Of a stretch of 64,000 nt of DNA, positions 44,487-57,609 are shown one piece after another (within the stretch, counting starts at the first letter, position 1; every line of letters begins with the position of its first letter). The DNA is from Balanoglossus misakiensis (lineage: Eukaryota; Animalia; Hemichordata), in NCBI GenBank assembly GCA_040954595.2, contig CM082594.2, forward strand, positions 5,689,319 through 5,753,318, given 5' to 3'. Made by a program: the position numbers and the translations under genes. The notes beneath the pieces are model-generated. The model ran no database searches and was not told the DNA's origin. It saw nothing but the letters and a program-made list of their open reading frames with translations.

Positions 44487-45786
44487 TGGAACTGTCAAGG
44501 TTTGTGTATGAAAAATACTGTCAGGGTCTGTTGTGAAACTGATTAAGATTTGGGCTATGCCCAATGCTTCAGTAGGTACAATATGATTGGTTTACACCTG
44601 TTTGGGGGCCTTTCACTAAAGAAATCAACCAATTAGAGACAAGCTTACAATCTGATAATTATTTTCCGTTTTCTTCCTTTCAGAGTATAGCACCGATGTG
44701 GACCATGTTGAGAGACTACAAGTTTTAGATTTGTTTTCAAATCTACAGAATTCTGGTATTTTGTACACCATCTCATGTTCACTGTCCTGTTCAGTGGATG
44801 GCCAATGTTGAAATACCTTCTCTGTTTTTGTTTTCAAAGACAAGAAAAGAAGAGAAAGTTAATAACTGATGTAACCCAATCTTCATCATTTTATTCTTTG
44901 TATGGTCTTTTTTTCCTCCATAAAAAAATAAAGCTTTGTAATTTTAGTCCTATTATCTACGTGATGTATTGTTGTAGCTGCATCTTTGTGCACGGTATTT
45001 CTACATCTGTGATGTCATCTAGCAAGTTTCTGTAAACTTATTTTTTTTAACCAAAGTATATTTAACCCTGACTTCTGTGTATGATTTTAATAGTTTTAGA
45101 ATAAGTTCATAAACATCGTAAGGTCAGATGTGCTGATTTTTGAAATAGAAAGGCCTGCCATCTTATTTGTATATATGTGAACCTAATCCATGCCGTAGCA
45201 GAACAGAGCAAAACTAAGGGTCCAACCATTTGTGTAAGTTGGGGGGGGGGGGGTGACCACTGGTAATATACAGTGACTCCATGATGGCCACGTCCTTTCA
45301 CGTGTTTGTGGTTAAAACAAAATAAATTATCCATATTTTGCATCTTCAAATTGTAGATCCGCCTTAATTATGAATTAAAATATTACAACAGTCGATAATC
45401 TGACTTGAGTATGTCTTAATTATTGAAGAGCCTGTACTGTATTTTTGAGTCAATCATAGATTTATAGATGTCCTTTTGACCATATATAGGCATACGTAAA
45501 TTAGTGGTGACAATATGCCTTTAAAACTGAATCTGACATTAATTATCGTGAATTTTTAGAAACATTTTATTGCAAGTTCTTTCTTTACACCAAAGTCGAG
45601 TTCAAGAGGGAAAAAAAAGAAAATAAAAGTACACACATTTAATAAAGTTTTACACCAGTCTTAAAACAAAAATCGGGCCTCAAAAACAGACCACTTATCT
45701 ACGAATTTACTACTCATTTCGTTTCGCAAAATACATTTCAGTCTGCTTGGTAGTTCTAATACGAGGCTTCTTGAAATCATACATTT

Positions 45787-46583
45787 TCATCGTATGTCCA
45801 TATTCTGCTCACACTCTTCGACCTTTCTGATAAGCGGACGTCTGCCAATGCGTTCCAATAACTGTTTCAGCAACTCGAGGTTATTGTCGAAGATTCCTTT
45901 ATCCTCCAAGGCCTTCAGTACATCCTGAAAAGTTTTCAACTTTTCCAGCTCTCTCTTAGCTAGCTGCTTTCCCTCCAGTAGCTTTCTTATTGCATGTTCC
46001 TCGTCCTCTCCGAGTTGGTTGTGCAAGTAGAAATACAGATCTGCACGGTGGTCTATCAATCCGCTTGAGGCCGCAACTACGTTTGAGGCCGCAGCTGATA
46101 AAAACAATGAAAACTGGTTGAGTTGCACACAAGTAAAGTACTAACCATCGATTTTTTCTCAAACCACCCCGTTTGGATGCTATTTTATCATTACACAACT
46201 AACAGTACATACACATTTTCCAGGACCGTATGGACCGTATGTACACTCACACTTTCCAAAGCGCACCATGCGTATAGGCCTAGATCTGACCATTTTTGTT
46301 CCGAATGCGATCATCACTTACCCTCGGTCCGTGACGAGAGGAAATCTTCAAACCGTCCAAGCAATTCTTGACATGGAACCTTTTTCAGGACTTCTCGAAC
46401 GACCTGTTTACATCTGCTGAGTTCAAAGTGACGTAGGAGGAGATCTACTACGTCATCCGAGTCGTTCGCCTCCTCAAGTTTTCCAGCAGGTATGCCGTAT
46501 TCTTTCAAGTATGTTTTCGCACGTTTAATTTCCTTCACTTTCATTTCGTCAAATATGTTTACGAGAGTACTTCTGTCTGTCAT
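45787..46583 (-). CDS. Death-fold adaptor unit 1: PYRIN-like domain + DED, 189 aa
   Basis: Exon 46322-46583 (phase-1 GTAAGT) plus exon 45787-46094 (AG acceptor) gives 570 nt in frame. Domain 2 (LAKRELEKLKTFQDVLKALEDKGIFDNNLELLKQLLERIGRRPLIRKVEE) aligns by eye with the FADD DED. Confidence 0.85.
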
Positions 46584-46869
46584 GTTTTAAGACAAAGAGT
46601 GTTCTCTAACCTAAAAAGAAACAAAATTACAGTTACAATGTGTGTGTTTCTATCTATCTATGTATCTGTGCATATGTATATACTCCATTTTACACAATGC
46701 TCATTTGACATTTCAAGGACTTAGATGTGTATGAAAAACAATCGATGAACTTTAGTACTACATGTATTTTTTATCGTTGCCCTTATCGACCACACGTTCA
46801 CCGGGCCTTTGTCCCCATAACCAGAAGGTGGGACTTTGCTCCACTATTTGACCTCTTGGTTTTTACTTC

Positions 46870-46879
46870 GGAAATCCCC
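46870..46879 (-). promoter_or_regulatory. Consensus NF-kB site GGGGATTTCC, repeated at 49513, 52152, 54542 and 56804 (degenerate at 60956)
   Basis: GGAAATCCCC on the + strand at the same relative position, ~200-400 bp 5' of each unit's ATG. An AP-1 motif TGACTCA follows ~23 bp later in units 1-5. Confidence 0.6.
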
Positions 46880-48454
46880 GTTTTGTCCCCAAACTTTATA
46901 TGACTCACAGTTTCGATACCTTTCTACGGTAATGGCGACCATGCGTTTTTTTTTCGTTTTATCTCATAAATTCTTGGACTGACAAGATTTTTTACAAGAT
47001 AAGTTTCCAGTCCTGCCATAACATAAATGTCCAGTTAACTTAGTGCAAATGCAGCTGATGTTTCAAATTAACAAATTTGAAATGGCTCCTGGCCAAACGT
47101 TTATCCAATATGTACATCTGGTTAAGGTATATCCTTAGTCTGTTATAACGCTCTAAGGGCAACTCTGTGAAATGAATTTTACCAGCGACATTCACTTCTG
47201 AAACGACAAACACAACGAGCGCAAGTTTCGTATAAACAAGGTCGTAAATAATAAATCGTATGTTTTTTTATGGTGGATTAGTTCCGCAACGTCACAGCCA
47301 AGAGATTTCATTTGCCATGGAAAGGGACGAATATGTGTACTGCCGTGAAATGTCGAGAAAACGGGAAAGGTATGACAAAGCTTTTGCAAAAATAATGCGT
47401 ATGACTCAAGGAAATTCACTGTAACACCGAACAATAAAGGGCGGGTATAACCACACCTAGCCCAGGTCTGAAGATTCCATTGCAGGCGCTAGTTTAAGGT
47501 ATAAAGTATTCGTTTTGCTGATTTTTGTTAGTTTGAGATCTAGGTTAACCCAGCATTCCGGGTATATTAAAAAAGTGAAACATACCTGATAATGTTCCGT
47601 CTCTTTCCGTTGGAAGAAAACGCTTTGGTGTTCACAAAAGAAAAGGGGGTCAAAGCTGCCGTTTATCTAGGTGGTGTGTTTTCTGAGAAACCCTCTTAGA
47701 GGTAAATGGTGCAATTGGTTGCTGTCAATCACGTGTCGCACTAATGAGACTGCGCATGCAGGCTGTCTGGACCACTTGAGTCAAAAACACGTTGATACAT
47801 GTTCTGGTGTATCCCACGTTTGCATTTATCACGTATGTGCTATGTGTTGTCATAGAGACGGACAATGAACAAAATAATGCCTTCTCAACTTGACGCATAT
47901 TCTTGATCGGCTTTATCCAACAATCAATGGATTTCCGCCACATACACATTCATTGTCAATCAGAACTAATGCGAGAGCCAGGGATTGAAAAGTGCCCCTT
48001 TAACATTCAAGATTTTAGTGTTGCTAAGGTTTGTGATTTTATGTTAAGAGAGGTCAAAAGCGGTGACCTGGTTTCAGGGCGAAGGAACACCACTAAGCAA
48101 TTATATTTATGGTGCATTCACAGATCACCATGATATCTGTCTAAACTGTGAAAATGTATGTTGTTTGAAGTCATGCATATTGCAGAATGATTGCAACTAC
48201 ATTTGTAAGTAATGGCGTACATAGTAATCGGAAAGTGAACATTTGCAATTGCTTTCACGTTATTCTTTATTTGTCGTATCTAATTGTTACAATATCATTG
48301 TAGCAATGTTTACAAACAAGGCGACGTATCTAGCTAGTTGTACACTAGTCTTAAAACAAAAATCATGCCTCAAAAACAGACCACTTATCTACGAATTTAC
48401 TACATTTCAGTCTGCTTGTAGTAGTAATACGAGGCTCTGTGAAATCATACATTT

Positions 48455-49236
48455 TCATCGTTTTTCCTTATTCTTCTCACACTCTTCGACCTTTTTGATA
48501 AGTGGACGTCTGTCGATCTTTTCCAATAACTGTTCCAGCAACTTGAGGTCTTTGTCGAAGATTCCCTTATCCTCCAAGGCCTTCAGTACATCCTGCAGAG
48601 TTTTCAGCTTTTCCAGCTCTCTCTTAGCCAGCTGATTTCCCTCCAGTAGCTTTCGTATTTTGTGTTCCTCGTCTTCTCCGAGTTGGTTGTGCAAGTAGAG
48701 ATACAGATCTGCACGGTGGCTTATCGATACGTTTGAGGCCGCAGCTGAAAATACAATGAAAACTGGTTGAGTTGCACACAAGTAAAGTACTAACCATCGA
48801 TTTTTTTCTCAAACCACCCCGTTTGGATGCAATTTTATAATTACACAACTAACAGACTGAGTACAGACACGTTTTCCAGGACCGTATGGACGGACACTCA
48901 CACTTTCCAAAGCGCACCATGCATATAGGCCTAGATCTGACCATTTTGTTCCGAAGGCGATCATCACTTACCCTCGGTCCGTGGCGAGAGGAAATCTTTA
49001 AACTGCCCATTCAGCAATTCTTGACATGGAACCTTTTCCAGGACTTCTCGAACGACCTGTTTACATCTGTCGGGTTCAAAGTGACTTAGCAGGAGAGCTA
49101 CTATGTCATCCGAGTCTTTCGCCTCCTCAAGTTTTCCAGCAGGTATCTCGTATCCTTGCAAGTATGTTTTCGCACGTTTAATTTCCCTCCCTTTCATTTC
49201 GTCTAATATTTTTACGAGGGTAATTCTGTCTGCCAT
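48455..49236 (-). CDS. Death-fold adaptor unit 2: PYRIN-like + DED, 184 aa
   Basis: Exons 48972-49236 and 48455-48744 have canonical splice sites and give 555 nt in frame. Confidence 0.85.
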
Positions 49237-51101
49237 GTTTTAAGATAAAGAGTGTTCTCAAACCTAAAAAGAAACAAAATTACAGTTACAATGCGTGTGT
49301 TTCTATCTATCTATGTATTTGTGCATATATATGTACTTCATGCTCATTTGACATTTCAAGGACTTAGATGTGTATGAAAAACAATCGATGAACTTTAGTA
49401 TTACATGTATTTTTTATCGTTTCCCTTACCGACCACACGTTCACCGGGTCTTTGTCCACATAACCAGAAGGTGGGACTTTGCTCCACTATTTGACCTCTT
49501 GGTATTTACTTCGGAAATCCCCGTTTTGTCCCCAATCGTGTTATGACTCAGTTTCGATACGTTCAGTAGTCTTTGAAACCTTCCTACGGTAATATGGACG
49601 ATGTTGTGTTTTTTTTTCGTTTTATCTAATAAATTCTTGCATTAACAATTAAGTGCAAATGCATGTCTAGTTAACTTAGTGCAAATGTAACTGTTCTTTC
49701 AAATTAACAAATTTGAAATAATTCCTGGCCAAACGTTTATCCAGTATGTACATCTGGTTAAGGTATATCCTTAGTCTGTTATAACGCTCTAATGGCAACT
49801 CTGTGAAATGAATTTTACCAGCGACATTCACTTCTGAAACGACAAACACAACGAGCGCAAGTTTCGTATAAACAAGGTCGTAAATAATAAATCGTATGTT
49901 TTTTATGGTGGATTAGTTCCGCAACGTCATAGCCAAGAGATTGCATTTGTCATGCAAAGGGACGAATATGTGTACTGCCGTGAAATGTCGAGAAAACGGG
50001 AAAGGTATGGAAAAAGTTTATGCTAAAATAATGCGTATGACTCAAGGAAATTAACTGTAACACCGAACCATAAATGGTGGGTATAACCACACCTAGCCCA
50101 GGTCTGAATATTCCATTGCAGGTGCTGATATAAGGTATAAAGTAATCGTTTTCATTTTGCTGATTTTTGTTAGTATGAGATTCAGTTTAACCCAGCATCC
50201 CGGGTATATTAAAAAAGTTAAACATACCTAATAATATTCTGTCCTTTTTGATGGGAAAAAACGACCTGGTGTTCACAAAGGAAAATGGAGTCAATGCTGC
50301 CCGTTTATGTAGGTGGTATATGTTTTCTGAGAAGCCCTCTTAGAGGAAAATGTTGCAATTGGTTACTCTCAATCACGTGTCGTAATGAGACTACTGCGCA
50401 TGCAGGCTGTCTCGACCACTTGAGTCAAAAACACGTCGATACATGTTCTGGTGTATCCCACGTTCGCATTTATCACGTATGTGCTATGTGTTGTCACAGA
50501 GACGGACAATCAACAAAAATACTGCCTTCTCAACTTGACGCATATTCTTGATCGGCTTTATCCAAAAATCAATGGATTTCCGCCACATACACATTCATTG
50601 TCAATCAGAACTAATGCGAGAACCAGGGATTGAAAAGTGCTCCTTTAACATTCAAGATTTTAGTGTTGCCAGGTTTGTGATTGTATGTTAAGAGAGGTCA
50701 AAAGCGGTGACCTGGTTTCAGGGCGAAGGAACACCACTAAACAATCATATTTATGGTGCATTCACAGATCACCATGATATCTGTCTAAACTGTGTAAATA
50801 TATGTTGTTTGAAGTCATGCATATTGCAGAATGATTGCAACTACATTTGTAAGTAATGGCGTACATAGTAATCGGAAAGTAAACATTTGCAATTGCTTTC
50901 ACGTTATTCTTTATTTGCCGTATCTAATTGTTACAATTATATCATTATAGCAATGTTTACAAACAAAGTGACGTATCTAGCTAGTTGTACACTAGTCTTA
51001 AAACAAAAATCATGCCTCAAAAACAGACCACTTATCTACGAATTTACTACATTTCAGTCTGCTTGTAGTTGTAATACGAGGCTCTGTGAAATCATACATT
51101 T

Positions 51102-51874
51102 TCATCGTTTGTCCATATTCTTCTCACACTCTTCGACCTCTTTGATAAGCGGACGTCTGCCGATCTTTTCCAATAACAGTTTCAGCAACTTGAGGTCTTC
51201 GTCGAAGAATCCTCTCTCCTCCAAGGCCTTCAGTACATCCTGCAGAGTTTTCAGCTTTTCCAGCTCTCTCTTAGCCAGCTGATTTCCCTCCAGTAGCTTT
51301 CGTATTTTGTGTTCCTCGTCTTCTCCGAGTTGGTTGTGCAAGTTTAGATACAGATCTGCACGGTGGCTTATCGATACGTTTGAGGCCGCAGTTGAAAATA
51401 CAATGAAAACTGGTTGAGTTGCACACAAGTAAAGCACTAACCATCGATTTTTTTCTCAAGCCACCCCGTTTGGATGCTATTTTATCATTACACAACTAAC
51501 AGTACAAACACATTTTCCAGGACCGTATGGACGGACACACTTTCCAAAGCGCACCATGCGTATAGGCCTAGATTTGACCATTTTTGTTCCGAAGGCGATC
51601 ATCACTTACCCTCGGTCCGTGGCGAGAGGAAATCTTTAAACTGCCCATTCAGCAATTCTTGACATGGAACCTTTTCCAGGACTTCTCGAACGACCTGTTT
51701 ACATCTGTCGGGTTCAAAGTGACTTAGCAGGAGAGCTACTATGTCATCCGAGTCTTTCGCCTCCTCAAGTTTTCCAGCAGGTATCTCGTATCCTTGCAAG
51801 TATGTTTTCGCACGTTTAATTTCCCTCCCTTTCATTTCGTCAAATATTTTTACGAGGGTAATTCTGTCTGCCAT
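51102..51874 (-). CDS. Death-fold adaptor unit 3: PYRIN-like + DED with a mutated exon-2 acceptor
   Basis: Exons 51610-51874 and 51102-51391 are open, but the acceptor reads TTTTCAA instead of TTTTCAG. An in-frame cryptic CAG lies 18 nt upstream (exon start 51409). Confidence 0.7.
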
Positions 51875-53710
51875 GTTTTAAGATAAAGAGTGTTCTCAAA
51901 CCTAAAAAGAAACAAAATTACAGTTACAATGTGTGTGTTTCTATCTATCTATGTATTTGTGCATATATATGTACTTCATGCTCATTTGACATTTCAAGGA
52001 CTTAGATGTGTATGAAAAACAATCGATGAACTTTAGTATTACATGTATTTTTTTATCGTTGCCCTTACCGACCACACGTTCACCGGGCCTTTGTCTACAT
52101 AACCAGAAGGTGGGACTTTGCTCTACTATTTGACCTCTTGGTTTTTACTTCGGAAATCCCCGTTTTGTTCCCAAACTTTATATGACTCACAGTTTCGATA
52201 CCTTTCTACGGTAATGGCGACCATACGGTGTTTTTTTCGTTTTATCTCATAAATTCTTGGGCTGACAAGTTTTTTTAAAAGATAAGTATTCTGTCCAGCC
52301 ATAACATAAATGTCCAGTTAACTTAGTGCAAATGCAGCTGATGTTTCAAATTAACAAATTGAAATGGTTCCTGGCCAAACGTTTATCCTGTTATAACGCT
52401 CTAATGGCAACTCTGTGAAATGAATTTTACCAGCGACATTCCCTTCTGATACGACAAACACAACGAGCACAAGTTTCGTATAAACAAGTAAATAATAAAT
52501 CGTATGTTTTTTATGGTGGATTAGTTCCGCAACGTCATAGCCAAGAGATTGCATTTGCCATGGAAAGGGACGAATATGTGTACTGCCGTGAAATGTCGAG
52601 AAAACGGGAAAGGTATGAAAAAGCTTTTGCAAAAATAATGCGTATGACTCAAGGAAATTCACTGTAACACCGAACCATAAATGGTGGGTATTACCACCAC
52701 ACCTAGCCCAGGTCTGAATATACCATTGCAGGTGCTGATATAAGGTATAAAGTAATCGTTTTCATTTTGCTGGTTTTTTTAGTATGAGATCAAGGTTAAC
52801 CCAGCATCCCGGGTATATTAAAAAAAGTCAAACGTACCTAATAATATTCCGTCCTTTTTTGATGGGAAAAAACGACCTGGTGTTCACAAAGGAAAATGGA
52901 GTCAATGCTGCCCGTTTATGTAGGTGGTATATTTTCTGAGAAGCCCTCTTAGAGGAAAATGGTGCAATTGGTTACTCTCAATCACGTGTCGTAATGAGAC
53001 TACTGCGCATACAGGCTGTCTCGACCACTTGAGTCAAAAACACGTTGATACATGTTCTGGTGTATCCCACGTTCGCATTTATCACGTATGTGCTATGTGT
53101 TGTCACAGAGACGGACAATCAACAAAAATACTGCCTTCTGAACTTGACGCATTTTCTTTATCGACTTTTTTTCTAAAATCAAATGGATTTCCGCCACATA
53201 CACATTCATTGTCAATCAGAACTAATGCGAGAACCAGGGATTGAAAAGTGCCCCTTTATCATTCAAGATTTTAGTGTTGCCAGGTTTGTGATTTTATGTT
53301 AAGAGAGGTCAAAAGCGGTGACCTGGTTTCAGGGCGAAGGAACACCACTAAACAATTATATTCATGGTGCATTCACAGATCACCATGATATCTGTCTAAA
53401 CTGTGAAAATGTATGTTGTTTGAAGGCATGCATATTGCAGAATGATTGTAATTACATTTGTAAGTAATGGCGTACATAGTAATCGGAAAGTAAACAGTTT
53501 GCGATTTCTTTCACGTTATTCTTTATTTGCCGTATCTAATTGTTACAATATCATTGTAGCAATGTTTACAAACAAGGTGACGTATCTAGCTAGTTGTACA
53601 CTAGTCTTAAAACAAAGATCATGCCTCAAAAACAGACCACTTATCTACGAATTTACTACATTTCAGTCTGTTTGTAGTAGTAATACGAGGCTCTGTGAAA
53701 TCATACATTT

Positions 53711-54240
53711 TCATCGTTTTTCCATATTCTTCTCACACTCTTCGACCTTTCTGATAAGCGGACGTCTGCTGATCTTTTCCAATAACTGTTTCAGCAACTC
53801 GAGGTCTTCGTCGAAGAATCCTCTCTCCTCCAAGGCCTTCAGTACATCCTGCAGAGTTTTCAGCTTTTCCAGCTCTCTCTTAGCCAGCTGATTTCCTTCC
53901 AGTAGCTTTCGTATTTGGTGTTCCTCGTCTTCTCCGAGTTGGTTGTGCAAGTAGTGATACAGATCTGCACGGTGGCTTATCAATACGTTGGAGGCCGCAG
54001 CTGAAAATACAATGAAAACTGGTTGAGTTGCACACAAGTAAAGTACTAACCATCGATTTTTTTCTCAAACCACCCCGTTTGGATGGTATTTTATCATTAC
54101 AAAACTAACAGTACAGACCCATTTTCCAGGACCGTATGGACACTCACACTTTCCAAAGCGCACCATGCGTATAGGCCTAGATCTGACCATTTTTGTTCCG
54201 AAGGCGATCATCACTTACCCTTGGTACTTCTGTCTGCCAT
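53711..54240 (-). CDS. Death-fold unit 4: DED-only protein (~103 aa) from an in-frame deletion of domain 1
   Basis: Exon 1 is reduced to 22 nt (ATGGCAGACAGAAGTACCAAGG|GTAAG, 54219-54240) and is still phase 1. The DED exon 53711-54000 is intact with a CAG acceptor. Confidence 0.72.
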
Positions 54241-56347
54241 GTTTTAAGATAAAGAGTGTTCTCAAACCTAAAAAGAAACAAAATTATAGTTGCAATTACC
54301 ATGCGATGCCTGCCTGCCCGCCTGACATTTCAAGGACTTAGATGTGTATGAAAAACAATCAATGAACTTTAGTATTTATACATGTAATTTGTCATTAAGC
54401 AGACCGAGATCGCCACGGTTGTCATTTTGCACAGGCCTACTATGGTATTTTCCCTTACCGACCACACGTGCTCGGGGCCTTTGTTCACATAACCAGAAGG
54501 TGGGACTTTGCTCCACTATTTGACCTCTTGGTTTTTACTTCGGAAATCCCCGTTTTGTCCCCAAACTTTATATGACTCACAGTTTCGATACCTTTCTACG
54601 GTAATGGCGACCATACGGTGTTTTTTTTCGTTTTATCTCATAAATTCTTGGGCTGACAAGTTTTTTACAAGATAAGTTTTCAGTCCTGCCATAACATAAA
54701 TGTCTAGTTAACTTAGTGCAAATGCAGCTGATGCTTCAAATTAACAAATTGAAATGGTTCCTGGCCAAACGTTTATCCTGTTATAACGCTCTAATGGCAA
54801 CTCTGTGAAATGAATTTTACCAGCGACATTCCCTTCTGATACGACAAACACAACGAGCACAAGTTTCGTATAAACAAGTAAATAATAAATCGTATGTTTT
54901 TTATGGTGGATTAGTTCCGCAACGTCATAGCCAAGAGATTGCATTTGCCATGGAAAGGGACGAATATGTGTACTGCCGTGAAATGTCGAGAAAACGGGAA
55001 AGGTATGAAAAAGCTTTTGCAAAAATAATGCGTATGACTCAAGGAAATTCACTGTAACACCGAACCATAAATGGTGGGTATAACCACCACACCTAGCCTA
55101 GGTCTGAATATTCCATTGCAGGTGCTGATATAAGGTATAAAGTAATCGTTTTCATTTGGCTGGTTTTTGTTAGTTTGAGATCTAGGTTAACCCAGCATCC
55201 CGGGTATATTAAAAAAGTAAAACATACCTAATAATATTCCGTCCTTTTTGATGGGAAAAAAACGACCTGGTGTTCACAAAGGAAAATGGAGTCAATGCTG
55301 CCCGTTTATCTAGGTGGTATATTTTCTGAGAAGCCCTCTTAGAGGAAAATGGTGCAATTGGTTACTCTCAATCACGTGTCGTAATGAGACTACTGCGCAT
55401 GCAGGCTGTCTCGACCACTTGAGTCAAAAACACGTCGATACATGTTCTGGTGTATCCCACGTTCGCATTTATCACGTATGTGCTATGTGTTGTCATAGAG
55501 ACGGACAATGAACAAAATACTGCCTTCTCAACTTGACGCATATTCTTGATCGGCTTTATCCAAAAATCAATGGATTTCCGCCACACACACATTCAATGTC
55601 AACAAGAACCTATGCGAGAGCCAGGGATAGAAAAGTGCTCCTTTAACATTCAAGATTTTAGTGTTGCTAAGGTTTGTGATTTTATGTTAAGAGAGGTCAA
55701 AAGCGGTGACCTGGTTTCAGGGCGAAGGAACACCACTAAACAATCATATTTATGGTGCATTCACAGATCACCATGATATCTGTCTAATCTGTGTAAATGT
55801 ATGTTGTTTGAAGTCATGGATATTGCAGAATGATTGCAACTACATTTGTAAGTAATGGCGTACATAGTAATCGGAAAGTAAACATTTTGCAATTGCTTTC
55901 ACGTTATTCTTTATTTGCCGTATCGAATTGTTACAATATCATTATAGCAATGTTTACAAACAAATTGACATATCTAGCTAGTTGTGTACTCGGGTTTACT
56001 TCATTCACTGCTTCAAATTACTGTAGGTATCCATGACGTCATGAAACAAGTGATCTTCAACACACGACTCTTCTTCAAGTGGATGGGAAACCTTGAAAGA
56101 AATCAATAAAGAATTGAGTCAATGTAGATGATGACCATCATCATTAATATCATCCGTGCTGCAAAGATTAAATCCGTCTTTAAAATTATATACTTGAGGC
56201 GTTTTCTTTATTGAATACATACACACTTAAATCACTAAGGGATTAAACTGATCTGTCGGAAACTTAGCATGTTGATTAACGTCTCAATACTTTGAAACCT
56301 ACACCATCTGACCATTTGTTTTCCAAAGGAGAAAACTTACCGTAGGT

Positions 56348-56602
56348 CTATGAGAAGATGTAATAGTCAAACTTGTCAAGTAAGTCTTGACGCGGGATCT
56401 TTCTTATGACTTGTTGAACGACCTGTTTACGTGCAGTACGATCAAAGAACCCCTGGAAGAGACCTGCCATGTCAACAGAGTCCTTCACTACCTCAAGCTT
56501 CCCAGCAGGTATGTTGTATGCTTTCAAGAATTCTTTCACGAGTTTCAGTTCATTCCCTGTCATCTCGTCAAATATTTTTATGAGGGTCTCTCTGTCGTCC
56601 AT
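56348..56602 (-). CDS. Death-fold unit 5: single-domain PYRIN-like protein, 84 aa
   Basis: Homolog of domain 1 (IPAGKLE, DSVDMAGLF, IPRQDLL). TAG lies 7 nt before the retained GTAAG donor, and no DED exon follows. Confidence 0.78.
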   Translation of the reverse strand: MDDRETLIKIFDEMTGNELKLVKEFLKAYNIPAGKLEVVKDSVDMAGLFQGFFDRTARKQVVQQVIRKIPRQDLLDKFDYYIFS

Positions 56603-57609
56603 GATTTATAGAGTGGCAAAAGTCTCCACAAACCTTTAAAAGAAACAAAAATGTAATCACATGCATGCATGCATGCATGGATATATGTATTACGAGTGTA
56701 GGCCCTGCTTACACGAAACTGACCAGTCATGCACCGCCTATGATCACCGCTGTCCACAAATCCAGGACAGAAGGTAAGACTTTGCCCCACTGATTTTTAT
56801 TTCGGAAATCCCCGTTTTGTCCCCCCAAATTTTATATGACTCAGTTTCGATACGACAAGGAGTCTTTGAAACCTACCTACCGTAATGGCGACCATTGTTT
56901 TTTCGTTATATCTCATAAATTTTGTATTAACAAGTGTTTTACAAGATAAGTTTTCTGTCCGGCCATAACATGCATGTCTGGTTAACTTGATTTTTGTCAG
57001 TTTGAGATCCAGGTTAACCCAGCATCCCGGGTATATTAAAAAAGTGAAACATACCTGATAATGTTCCGTCCTTTTTGATGGGAGAAAACGACCTGGTGTT
57101 CACAAAGGAAAATGGAGTCAATGCTGCCCGTTTATCTGGGTGGTATGTTTTCTGAGAAGCCCTCTTAGAGGAAAATAGTGCAATTGGTTACTTTCAATCA
57201 CGTGTCGTAATGAGACTGCGCATGCAGACTGTACTGTCTCGACCACTTGAGTCAAAAACACGTTGATACATGTTCTGGTGTATCCGACGTTCGCATTTAT
57301 TCACGTATGTCTATATGTTGTCACAGAGACGGACAATGAACAAAATAATGCCTTCTCAACTTGACGCATATTCTTGATCGGCTTTATCTAAAATCAAATG
57401 GATTTAACCTGATAAATATTTCAGTGGGTTTCCATTCAATGTCAACATGAACTAATGCGAAAACCAGGGATTGAAAAGTGCTCCTTTAACATTCAAGATT
57501 TTAGGGTTGCCAGGTTTGTGATTGTATGTTAATTGAGAGGTCAAAAGCGGTGACCTTGTTTAAGGGTGAAGGAACTCCGCCAAACAATACCATTTAGGGT
57601 GCACTCACA

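Noticed and set aside
47192-55776. Recurrent spacer ORFs (MNFLESYALF..., MVYFLRSPL..., MQLLSRYSLF...)
   Set aside because: They recur only because the DNA is recently duplicated. Frames break between copies, and some are antisense to the DED exons.
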